Both the position numbers and the translations under genes were made by a program. A stretch of DNA of 52,451 nt from Hyphomicrobiales bacterium (GTDB lineage Bacteria > Pseudomonadota > Alphaproteobacteria > Rhizobiales > Aestuariivirgaceae): NCBI GenBank assembly GCA_031430715.1, contig JANPCA010000606.1, positions 1 through 52,451 of the forward strand, written 5' to 3'. This document shows, in pieces, positions 1-8,800 of this stretch. The stretch's first letter is position 1. Each line of letters starts with the position of its first letter. The notes beneath the pieces were generated by a model, which was given only the letters and a program-made list of their open reading frames with translations, had not been told where the DNA came from and did not search any database.

Positions 1-211
1 TGAACTCATAGGGCCGGTCGTTCTCGTTGCCGAACATCACCGCGTCGACGCCCGCCTCCTGCAGCGCCTGCAAGTCCTTGCGGACGCCAGCCAACAGGCC
101 TTGGAGGCCCGCATCCGCGTCATAAAGTGGCGCGCCGGGGAGCGCCCCGAAATGCACCATGGCGATGACCGGTTTCGGGGACTTGAAAATGCGCGCAAAT
201 TTTCCGGTCAT
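1..211 (-). CDS. BtpA/SgcQ-family TIM-barrel protein, 5' part (runs off the window edge)
   Basis: Not in the ORF track. Manual translation from ATG at 211 gives MTGKFARIFKSPKPVIAMVHFGALPGAPLYD...LQEAGVDAVMFGNENDRPYEF. The KPVIAMVH.xALPG.P and GVDAVMFGNENDRPY motifs are typical of BtpA/SgcQ. Confidence 0.85.
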   Translation of the reverse strand, partial: MTGKFARIFKSPKPVIAMVHFGALPGAPLYDADAGLQGLLAGVRKDLQALQEAGVDAVMFGNENDRPYEF

Positions 212-287
212 GTCCATTCCGTCTGTTCAATTGCCTTCCAACTTGGTAACGGAACATGGACAAACCCGCAAGCCAAGAGGGGCCAAA

Positions 288-1286
288 TTGCCCGCACCAC
301 ACACCCGTTTCGCCTATGCCAGCAGATTGAACGGCTTCAAGGCCAATGCGGCGCTGGTCTGGCCAGGCCGCAACCGCATTTCGTCCCTCGACCTGATCGA
401 ACGCGCCGCCACAGTGCCGGGTCTTTCCGCCGTCGACTTCAACTATCCTGACCATCTCGATGGCACCTCGCCGAAGGAAATACGCGCCAAGCTCGACAGC
501 CTGGGGCTCAGCCTCAACGGTTTCGCCATGCGTTATTATTCCGACCCCGGTTTCAAGATGGGGGCGCTGACCCATCCCGATCCGGGTTTGCGCGCCAAGG
601 CGCTGGATCTCACCTTGCAGGGCATCGACGCATTGGCCGAAGCGGGCGGCGATCTCATGACCCTGTGGCTGGGCCAGGACGGTTTCGACTATCCCTTCCA
701 GGCCGATTACCTGCGCCTGTGGGACCACACGGTGGCGGCCCTGAAGGTCATCGCCGCGCACCATCCCATGATCGGCATCTCCATCGAATACAAACCAAAC
801 GAGCCACGCGCCTTCAGCCTTCTGCCCGATGTGGCCACCACCCTGCTGATGCTGAGCGACGTCAATGCCGCCAACATGGGTGTCACGCTCGACTTCGCCC
901 ATGTTCTGTATGCGGACGAAATGCCGGCCTACGCGGCCTCGCTGATCCACCGCCGCAGCAGGCTTTTGGGCGTCCATCTCAACGATGGCTATGGCAAGCG
1001 CGACGACGGACTGATCGCCGGCAGCGTGCATGTCATCCAGACGCTCGAGCTCCTGCATGTTCTGGAGAAACTCGGCTACAACAACGCCATTTATTTCGAT
1101 ACATTCCCCGATGCCGTGGGGCTCGACCCGGTGGCGGAGTGCTCGGCCAATATCTCGGCCGTTGAAGGCATGTGCCGGGTGCTCGACCGCTTGCGCGGCA
1201 ACGTAGCGCTCGGCGAGGCCATAGCCCGGCAGGATGCGGTGGCGAGCCAGCGCATCGTCCAGTCGGCGCTCTATGGTGCGCCGTGA
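288..1286 (+). CDS. Xylose-isomerase-like TIM-barrel sugar isomerase
   Basis: Motifs WLGQDGFDYPFQ, IEYKPNEPR, LDFAH, HLND and YFDTFP match xylose/rhamnose-isomerase-type metal ligands. The TTG start at 288 follows a GAGG RBS; the track ORF starts at 159, which would overlap the divergent gene. Confidence 0.8.
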   Translation: MPAPHTRFAYASRLNGFKANAALVWPGRNRISSLDLIERAATVPGLSAVDFNYPDHLDGTSPKEIRAKLDSLGLSLNGFAMRYYSDPGFKMGALTHPDPGLRAKALDLTLQGIDALAEAGGDLMTLWLGQDGFDYPFQADYLRLWDHTVAALKVIAAHHPMIGISIEYKPNEPRAFSLLPDVATTLLMLSDVNAANMGVTLDFAHVLYADEMPAYAASLIHRRSRLLGVHLNDGYGKRDDGLIAGSVHVIQTLELLHVLEKLGYNNAIYFDTFPDAVGLDPVAECSANISAVEGMCRVLDRLRGNVALGEAIARQDAVASQRIVQSALYGAP

Positions 1287-2179
1287 TCGAGGTCGCCGTC
1301 GTCGGCAGCCTGCATCTCGACATCATGGTCGAGGCGCCGCGCCTGCCGGGACTGGACGAGACATTGATGGGTACCGCCTGGCGCTACAAGTGCGGCGGCA
1401 AGGGCGGCAATCAGGCCGTGGCCGCGGCGCGCTTTGGCGCCCGGACCGCTTTTGGCGGGCAGACCGGCGCTGACGATTTCGGCACCCGCTTGCGCGCCAA
1501 TCTGGAAGCGGCGGGCGTCAGCACGCGCTGCGTCGGGTTTGATCCCGTGAACGGTAGCGGCATGAGCGTCGCCATCAGCGAGGCCAAGGGCGAGTACGGC
1601 GCCGTCGCCGTCTCGGGCGCCAACCTGACCATCGATGCGGTGGCAATTGCCGAAGCGTGGGCGCCGCTCTGGGAGGCGAAGGTTCTGTTGCTGCAGAACG
1701 AAATTCCGGAAGCCGTCAGCATCGCGGCGGCCCGTGCCGCGAGGGCGGAGGGCGCCCGGGTGGTCCTCAACGCGGCGCCCGCCCGGGCCATGTCCGCCGA
1801 ATTCCTCGGCCTCGTGGATGTCCTGGTTGTTAACCGGGTCGAGGCCGAAATGCTATCGGGCAGGCGCCATGCCGAGGCGGCAATCGAGGCGCTCGGCAAC
1901 CCGGCACGCGACATCGTCTTGACGCGCGGTGGTGACGGGCTTCTGCTTTTGACCCGCAAAGGTAACTTTCATAACTTCCCAGCGCTGCCGGTAAAATTGC
2001 TGTCGAGCCATGGCGCCGGGGATTGTTTCTGCGGAGTATTTGCCGCCTGCCTTGCTCAGGGAGCGGGACTTGAGGCGGCATGCCGGACGGCCAGTATCGC
2101 GGCGGGACTGTTCGTCTCCACGCCGGAAACCGAGCAACACATCATTGATGCCGACCGCGTGCGGCAAGCGGGAGGATGA
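1283..2179 (+). CDS. PfkB/ribokinase-family carbohydrate kinase
   Basis: Motifs VVGSLHLD, GGKGGNQAVAAAR, LLQNE, LNAAP and GAGDCFCG. The GTG start overlaps the upstream stop (GTGA, 1283-1286). Confidence 0.9.
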   Translation: MIEVAVVGSLHLDIMVEAPRLPGLDETLMGTAWRYKCGGKGGNQAVAAARFGARTAFGGQTGADDFGTRLRANLEAAGVSTRCVGFDPVNGSGMSVAISEAKGEYGAVAVSGANLTIDAVAIAEAWAPLWEAKVLLLQNEIPEAVSIAAARAARAEGARVVLNAAPARAMSAEFLGLVDVLVVNRVEAEMLSGRRHAEAAIEALGNPARDIVLTRGGDGLLLLTRKGNFHNFPALPVKLLSSHGAGDCFCGVFAACLAQGAGLEAACRTASIAAGLFVSTPETEQHIIDADRVRQAGG

Positions 2180-2180
2180 C

Positions 2181-2771
2181 ATGACCGATCTCTATGCCGA
2201 TGACAGGGCCCTGGCGGTGTTTGGCAAGAAGGTCTCAGAGGTCTGGGCCGATCTCGAAAACGCCGCCATCGATGAAATGCAAACCGATGGCCATGAAGCT
2301 GAAAAGATCAGGACCGAGCCGTTCCTGATGATGCGCTACACGGGCCAGCTCGAGGACGTCGAAGTCCGCCCCTCGCTGCGCCGCATGACGGGGGCGGTAG
2401 ACATGCGCAGGATCAACGCCGAATTCGAGGCCGTCTACGCCAAAATCAATCACCGCGTGTCGCGCTATGGCGCTGCCGGCTTCTCGATCATGGAACTCGG
2501 CATCACCGCCATCGCGGACAAAGTAAAGCCCACCCTGGAGCGCCGCTCGCTAGGCTCTATTGATCCTGCCGCCGCCCACAAGGGCAAGCGCCGCGACTAC
2601 ATCGGCGGGCAATGGCACGAGGCCGATCTCTATGAGATGGACCGGCTCGAACCCGGCCACGAGGTGAAGGGTCCCGCCATCATTGAACATCCGGCGACGA
2701 CGCTGGTGGTGCATCCACGGGACAGCGTCGCCGTCGACGAATGGACACTGCTGCATTACCGCTATGGGTAA
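2181..2771 (+). pseudogene. Remnant (C-terminal about 190 aa) of an acetone carboxylase beta-subunit / hydantoinase A-like gene
   Basis: MRYTGQLEDVEV and GPAIIEHPATTLVV are C-terminal hydantoinase-A/AcxA motifs. Family members are about 700 aa and the N-terminal ATP-binding domains are absent here. A GGAGG RBS precedes the ATG at 2181. Confidence 0.75.
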
Positions 2772-2802
2772 AGAGATTTTGTTGCGCGAACATTTCCTTT
2801 CA

Positions 2803-2882
2803 TCCGTCATGCCAGCGCAGGCTGGCATCCCGCTACTTTTCAACGAAAGTAGCTGGATTCCGGCTTTCGCCGGAATGACGGA
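2803..2882. repeat. REP/RPE-type palindromic element (GTCAT..GCGCAGGC..ATCC / GGATTCCGGCTTTCGCCGGAATGAC family)
   Basis: Outer inverted repeat TCCGTCAT...ATGACGGA encloses two internal hairpins and a GCTACTTT..AAAGTAGC stem. It translates to the typical VIPAKAGIQ...PACAGMT signature. Confidence 0.85.
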
Positions 2883-2915
2883 CTTGTTGATTGAGGCCGT
2901 TCCGCAGCCACTCAC

Positions 2916-4925
2916 ATGAAAATGCTTGATACTAACGAATCCAGACTCCCGCTGCGCGGCCGCCTCCTCGAGTCCGAACGTCTGATGCAGGAGACTGACT
3001 GTTATAACGGCGTGATTGATCTCGCCCTCCGCCACGCCGACCCGCTCAAATTCGAGACCCTCCACACAAGGCTGCGCGCGTCCTGCGTTTCGGCACGCGA
3101 GATGGCCAGGCGTATCTCGGCCTCTCCGGGGGTACGCGAAGTGGGCGAAATGGTCGTCGCTATTTATACGCCCGAGGGCGATGCCGTGGCGCTCTCCAAC
3201 GGCATCATGGTGCATGTCCACACCATGAGCCGCTTCATCAAGTGGATGATCCGGGAAGGCTACGAGGCCAATCCCGGCATCCGCGACAGCGACATTTTCG
3301 CCAACAACGACGCCTTCATCGGCACCGTGCAGGTGCCCGACGTGATGGATGTGATTCCGATCTACTGGGAGAGCGAACTCGTGGGCTGGGCCGGTGCCGT
3401 CTGCCATGAATTGGAATCGGGCGGCATCACGCCGGGCGGCGACGTCTGCCTTGCGCAGGAGCGCTTCACCGAGGGGCTCTTCGTGTGCGCCGAGAAGATC
3501 GGCGAGTACGATGAAATCCGCCGCGACGATGTCATCCGCTGCGAACGCAATTTGCCCATGCCGATCTACTGGGTGTTGGACGAGAAAGCCAAGGCCGCCT
3601 CCTGCATCGAGATGCGCGAGGCGGTGCGGGCCATCATCGGCGATGTTGGCCTCGGTTACTGGAAGGGGGTGATGAAGGAATTCATCGAGGAGGGCCGCCG
3701 TGGTCAGCTCGCCCGCACTCGGCAACTGACGGTGCCCGGCATCTATCGCGGCCACACCTTCTATGGCCATGTCACCGCGGGCAAGCCCGGCTTCCAGCCG
3801 CTCGGTCCGCCGAACTGGCTCTATAATATTCCCCTCGAAATGGAAGTGAAACGCGACGGAACCATCACGCTCGACTTTGAAGGCACCCAACCCTGGGGCT
3901 ATCACTCGATAAACTGCACGCCGGCCGGCATGGACGGCGGCATGTTCGTGACGCTGATCCAGCACATGAATTTCGAGGGACTTGTCAATGACGGCGCCTG
4001 GATGGCGGCCGAATTGAAACTGCCCAGGGGCACTTGGACCAATCCCGGCAACGAGATGGTGGCCACCGCCACATCCTGGGCGCTGCTGCTGCCTGCCTAT
4101 GTCGGCTGGAATCCCGAAAGCGACATGGGCAATATCGAAATCTGGGAACAGAACATGCCGATGGTCTATATCGGCCGTTCGATCCTGCCGAATTCGGGTG
4201 GTTCGGGCAAATGCCGCGGCGGCTGTTCCTTCATCTCGACCTGGCTGATCAACAAGACCAATCACCTGCGCCTGGTGACGTCCGAACATTCTTCGCGTGT
4301 CTTCGACAATGCCGGCATGTGTGGCGGTTATCCGGCCCCCACCTGCCAGATGCACCGCGTGGTGCGAAATCCCAATCTCGCCGAATTGATCAAGAAGCGG
4401 AAACCCCTGCCGCACGGCATCGGCCTCGATCCCGCCCATTCCGATCTCGAGAAGCTGGTGACGGGCCGCCACGAAACCAGCGAAGGCCCCTACATCACCA
4501 AGCCGCATAAATCGGGTGATATCTTCACCCATGCCTACAATGGCGGCGGCGGCTTCGGTGACGTCCTGGAACGTGATCCCATCAAGACCGCAAGCGATGT
4601 CGAGAACGGCTACCTCACGCGGCAGGCGGCCCTGCAGGTCTACGGCATCGTGCTGCGGGAAAATGAGGAGGACCGGCTCAAAGCCGATCTCGCGGCGACC
4701 GCCAAAAAGCGCAAGACCAAGCGTGCCAGGCGTCTCAGGACATCGGTCCCCGTGGCGCAGTGGATGAAGGTGGAGAAGAGAAAAGTCGCCGCGGCGCAAT
4801 TCACCACCGAGGTGAAACGCATGTATGCCAGCGCCATGACGCTCAGCCCACGCTTCACCAAGGACTTCACTTCCTTCTGGGGCCTCAAGCCCGGATTCAA
4901 ATTCGTTGTGGGAGATGACGAATGA
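2916..4925 (+). CDS. acxB: Acetone carboxylase alpha-subunit-like protein (hydantoinase B/oxoprolinase family), probably with an in-frame internal deletion
   Basis: Motifs GIMVHVHTMS, WNPESDMGNIEIWE and GGGGFGDVLERDP; adjacent to gamma-subunit and beta-subunit homologues. At 669 aa it is short for the family. Confidence 0.75.
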   Translation: MKMLDTNESRLPLRGRLLESERLMQETDCYNGVIDLALRHADPLKFETLHTRLRASCVSAREMARRISASPGVREVGEMVVAIYTPEGDAVALSNGIMVHVHTMSRFIKWMIREGYEANPGIRDSDIFANNDAFIGTVQVPDVMDVIPIYWESELVGWAGAVCHELESGGITPGGDVCLAQERFTEGLFVCAEKIGEYDEIRRDDVIRCERNLPMPIYWVLDEKAKAASCIEMREAVRAIIGDVGLGYWKGVMKEFIEEGRRGQLARTRQLTVPGIYRGHTFYGHVTAGKPGFQPLGPPNWLYNIPLEMEVKRDGTITLDFEGTQPWGYHSINCTPAGMDGGMFVTLIQHMNFEGLVNDGAWMAAELKLPRGTWTNPGNEMVATATSWALLLPAYVGWNPESDMGNIEIWEQNMPMVYIGRSILPNSGGSGKCRGGCSFISTWLINKTNHLRLVTSEHSSRVFDNAGMCGGYPAPTCQMHRVVRNPNLAELIKKRKPLPHGIGLDPAHSDLEKLVTGRHETSEGPYITKPHKSGDIFTHAYNGGGGFGDVLERDPIKTASDVENGYLTRQAALQVYGIVLRENEEDRLKADLAATAKKRKTKRARRLRTSVPVAQWMKVEKRKVAAAQFTTEVKRMYASAMTLSPRFTKDFTSFWGLKPGFKFVVGDDE

Positions 4926-5416
4926 CGGCTTACAGCAAGGAGGTGATCCGCGATCTGGTGTCGGGTGCGCTGCCCTGGCCGCAGACCAAGCGTATCATGA
5001 GCGCCTACAAGGATGAGGACCGCTTCTTCAAAGTGCTGGAGGTTCTGCAGGAGCGCGTGGCGTGGGAGGAACGCATCCTGCTGCCCATCGGCGATCATCT
5101 TTTCATTGTGCAAGGCAAGCGCGGCCGCGTGACGAAATGCGAGTGCGGCCATGACTTCGGCGATTACCGCAAGAACTGGAAGCTCAAGGCCAACATCAAT
5201 GTGCGCAACACCAAAAAGTCCCTGCGCGAAATCTATCCCAACAGCGACATCCCCGATCCTTCATGGATGGAGCTCCGCGAATTCATCTGCCCCTCCTGCG
5301 GCACGCTGCACGAGGTCGAGGCCTGCGCACCCGGCTATCCGATCCTGCATGAATTTGAACCGGACCTCGAAGGCCTCTACAATGACTGGCTGAAACAGCC
5401 GCTGCCCGGGGAATAG
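4922..5416 (+). CDS. acxC: Acetone carboxylase gamma subunit (Zn-binding)
   Basis: Motifs KDEDRF, CECGH.FGDYRKNWK, REFICPSCG and HEFEPDLEG; all four Zn cysteines are present. ATGA overlap with acxB. Confidence 0.88.
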   Translation: MTAYSKEVIRDLVSGALPWPQTKRIMSAYKDEDRFFKVLEVLQERVAWEERILLPIGDHLFIVQGKRGRVTKCECGHDFGDYRKNWKLKANINVRNTKKSLREIYPNSDIPDPSWMELREFICPSCGTLHEVEACAPGYPILHEFEPDLEGLYNDWLKQPLPGE

Positions 5417-5425
5417 AGACACCAT

Positions 5426-5644
5426 ATGACACCGAAGCGCCCCAACATCCAGGCCTGGGACATGCCGCGCCTGACCCGGGAAATCCCATCCAGCCAGCGC
5501 CGCCGCCGCCTGGTCCACAAGGCGCCGGGCACCGGCAAGATCACGCCCTGGGACTATCAACCCCGGTCGGATGCCTCGCTGCGATATTATCGCGGCACCA
5601 AGCCCTATCATGAAGCCGAGGCGCGGGACCTGTTGCGGCCATGA
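5426..5644 (+). pseudogene. Collapsed choline-sulfatase (BetC)-like gene: N-terminus fused in frame to the C-terminal tail
   Basis: MTPKRPNI matches the sulfatase N-terminal KRPNIL motif. WDMPRLTREI.SSQRRRRLVH...GKITPWDYQPRSDASLRY resembles the choline-sulfatase C-terminal domain. The catalytic core is missing. Confidence 0.65.
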
Positions 5645-5823
5645 ACTTCTTGCGCGGAAGAACAGCCTTGATCACCGGCGGCCTCACCGGCCAGGGCTTC
5701 GCCATAGCGCAGGCCCTGGCGGAGGCAGGGGCCAATGTGGCCGCAGGTTCCTATATTGGCGAGGCCGGTGGCCGCCTCGGCGATGCGGAAAATATCCAGA
5801 TCACCGGCGGCGCGCTCTGGTGA
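5641..5823 (+). pseudogene. Collapsed SDR oxidoreductase: Rossmann N-terminus fused in frame to the terminal strand
   Basis: LRGRTALITGGLTGQGFAIAQALAEAGANV (TGxxxGxG) is joined to ENIQITGGALW* (an SDR-type C-terminus). It is 60 aa with no YxxxK motif. ATGA overlap with the upstream ORF. Confidence 0.75.
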
Positions 5824-5826
5824 GCT

Positions 5827-8800
5827 TCACAATCGCGATAGCGCATCTTGCATTGCATCCACCAGGATGTCCGCCTCCTTCTGGCCGAAAGCCAGGGGCG
5901 GCTTGATCTTCAGCACATTGTCATGAGGACCATCTGTCGAGATCAGCACGCCAGACTCGCGCATCAGGTTGGAAATCCTGTCCGCTTCCTCGGTCGCGGG
6001 CTCCAATGTGTGGTGGTCGCGCACCATTTCGACGCCGAGAAAGAGACCCTGGCCGCGCACATCACCGATCAGCGCCTGTTCCGCGGCCAATGTCTCAAGG
6101 CGCTGCTTCAGATAAGTGCCGGTGACCGCGGCCTTCTCCTGCAGCCGCTCGTTCTCGATCACATCGAGCACGGCCATGCCGACTCTGGCTGAAACCGGAT
6201 TGCCGCCGAAGGACGAGAAGAACTCCATGCCATTGGCGAAGGCCCTGGCGATCTCGGGCGTCGTCACCACGGCGGCCATCGGGTGGCCGTTGCCGATGGG
6301 TTTGCCGAGCGTCACGATGTCCGGCACCAATTCCTGGGGCCCATGTGCCCACATGTGAGCGCCGATGCGCCCGAAGCCGGTTTGCACCTCGTCGACGATG
6401 ACCAGCCCGCCCGCCTCGCGCACATGGGCGGCGGCGGTCTTCAAGTAAGCATCGGGAAAGAACACCTGGCCGCCGCAGCCCGAGATGGCCTCGGCGATGA
6501 AGGCGGCGGGGCCTTGGCCAGTCTTGGCGCGGATCGTCTCGATCTTCCCGGCAACCGACTGGGCATAGGCCACTCCGGCCGCCGCGTCATAACCCTTGAA
6601 GGGGCCGCGATAGGGATCGGGCAGGGTGGCGATTTCGACATGATCCGGCTGCCCGCGCCCGCCCTTGCGGTTGAACTTGTAGGAGCTCACATCGATGAGC
6701 CCGCTGGTGTTGCCGTGATAGCCCCAGTCCACGGCGATCGTGTTGTGGCGTCCGGTGACGGTGCGTGCCATGCGCAGTGCCAGTTCGTTCGCCTCGGAGC
6801 CGGAGCAGACCAGATAGATAACCGACAGTGGCTTTGGAAAGTAAGACGCGAGCCGTTCAGCATAATCGAGGATGTTGTCGTGCAGATAGCGCGTGTTGGT
6901 GTTGAGGATCGCTGCCTGCCGGGCCAGTGCCTCCACCACATGCGGGTGCGAATGGCCCACATGGCAGATGTTGTTGACGCCATCGACATAGGCGCGGCCG
7001 CTGTGATCATAGAGATAGGCACCGGCGCCGCGCACCATCTTAAGCTTCTTCGCATAGCTGATCGACAGCGACGGACCGAGCACATGCGCGCGGCGTTGCA
7101 GCAGTATATCGGGCGGCGTTGCATCTTGCACGTAGCTTTCAGGCGCCAGTTTCAGGATGAGATTGGGATCGGGTGAAATGCGGCTCCATATGGGCCATAG
7201 GGACGGCTGGCCAACACCAGGAAATTCGCCCGTCTTGCCGAGCCGGTCGGTGATGATCTGGAAATGCAGATGCGGCGCCCAGCCGCCATTCACGAGGGTG
7301 TTGCCGATCGAGCCGATCCGCTGACCGGCCGCCACCTCCTGTCCCTCCATCACCATCGCCAGCGTCTGGCGCGACAGATGGCCATAGAGCGTCCAGAACG
7401 GCGGACCATCCTCACCGGCGCGATGTTCGAGGATCACGGTGGGGCCGTAGTCGAAGGGCAGATCATTGTCGGCGGCACTCAGCACGCGGCCCGGCAGCGG
7501 CGCATAGAGCGCGGTGTCCGGCGCGATGAAAATGTCCACGCCCAAGTGTTGCGAGCGCCATTCCGGCGAGGCGGCGGTGCGGAACTGATCACCCCGGTAG
7601 ACGCCGCGATCCTCTCCATAGAGACCGATGGCAAATTGCGCGTCCTCGGCCTTGAAGCGGCCCTGTAACCAGGCCCAGTAGGCTTGCGGGTCACTCGCAT
7701 GTTCCATGCCGGGAGCGCCACTCGTCAGAGACAGCAGACAGCGGCCGCTGCGGTTGAGGTCAATATCGAACATTGGCTGCGGCTGGCATGCGGCAGATTT
7801 CAACCAGCCGGCGATGGCGTCGTGTGCGGCGGCCGGTGCGAGCCCCGCCGCATGGCGCGCGAAGGCCGCAAGAAAGGCCGGGCTGGTCTGGTCGAGGCGC
7901 TCGAGCAGGCGGAAGGCTGGCGCCTGCGAGATCAGTAAATAGCCGTTATTTGGAAAGTCCTTGGCCCGGTGCGAGGAAATGCACACGCTGGCCGCCAGCC
8001 GCGCGGCCACGAGATCGAACAGCACCTCGGCCTCCAGCGTCTCGATGGCAAAGGCCCCGGCATAGGCCGAGATGAGCGGCATGGCGGATTTGTAGACATC
8101 GTCCACGTCGAGCAGGGCATAGGCGAGCGTGACCGCCAGTTCGTTGATCTGGCGGCCATAGGTCATGTCGCCGAAGTCGATGAGGCCGGTCACCCGGGGA
8201 GCCGCGCCTTCACTGACCACGATATTGTTGTCATTGGCATCCTGGTGCAGGATGGCGCCGCGCAAATGTGGAAGACGCGGCACGGCGCGCTGCTCGTAGC
8301 GCGTGAAGATGCGGTCCACGAGATCGCGCCGCTCAGGCGTCACATCGCCGAGCCAGGCTTTGACGCTCAACACCTCGTCGAGATTCCACAGGAAGGGGGG
8401 CCGGTGCGCGGCGGGATGGCCGAAACCGCGCAGCGCGCGGCCAAGGCGGCCCATGAAGGCCCCGAGACTGCCGAGCAGCTCCGGCGTCTTGGCCGTAGAC
8501 GAGAAGAGTTCGCCCGGCAGATAGGTGAGCAGCCGCACCGCGTGGGCGGCCTTTGCCGTGGTCCAGACGGCAATCGTCCGGCCATCGCGCGACGGCGTCA
8601 CGCGCTGCACGCCAAGCTCCGGGTCGACGGCGGCGATATGATTCATCGCCGCATTCTGCAGCGCGAGGAAATCCCGGTCTTCGGCCGCGTTGGCGATTTT
8701 CAGGACGTAAGTGCCGTGCTCCGCCGCGATGAGGAAATTCTGGTCGCGCTCGCTCACCAGTTCCTTGAATGTCCCGGTTACGCCGAAGTCGCGCAGCAAG

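Noticed and set aside
2168-2189. GCG GGA GGA TGAC ATG ACC GAT resembles the AcxA ATP-binding motif DAGGTMTD
   Set aside because: It is equally explained by the kinase's natural end plus a GGAGG RBS, and the spacing is off by one base. It cannot be resolved without an alignment.
2683-2919. 78-aa ORF containing SVMPAQAGIP...WIPAFAGMT
   Set aside because: It is simply the translation of the REP palindrome.
2550-4799. Long antisense or alternate-frame ORFs (e.g. 2550-4799 -, 12701-14665 +, 26314-28143 +, 36876-38957 +, 39059-41314 +, 50289-51719 -)
   Set aside because: They shadow well-supported genes, carry no recognisable motifs, and are expected in high-GC DNA with biased codon usage.
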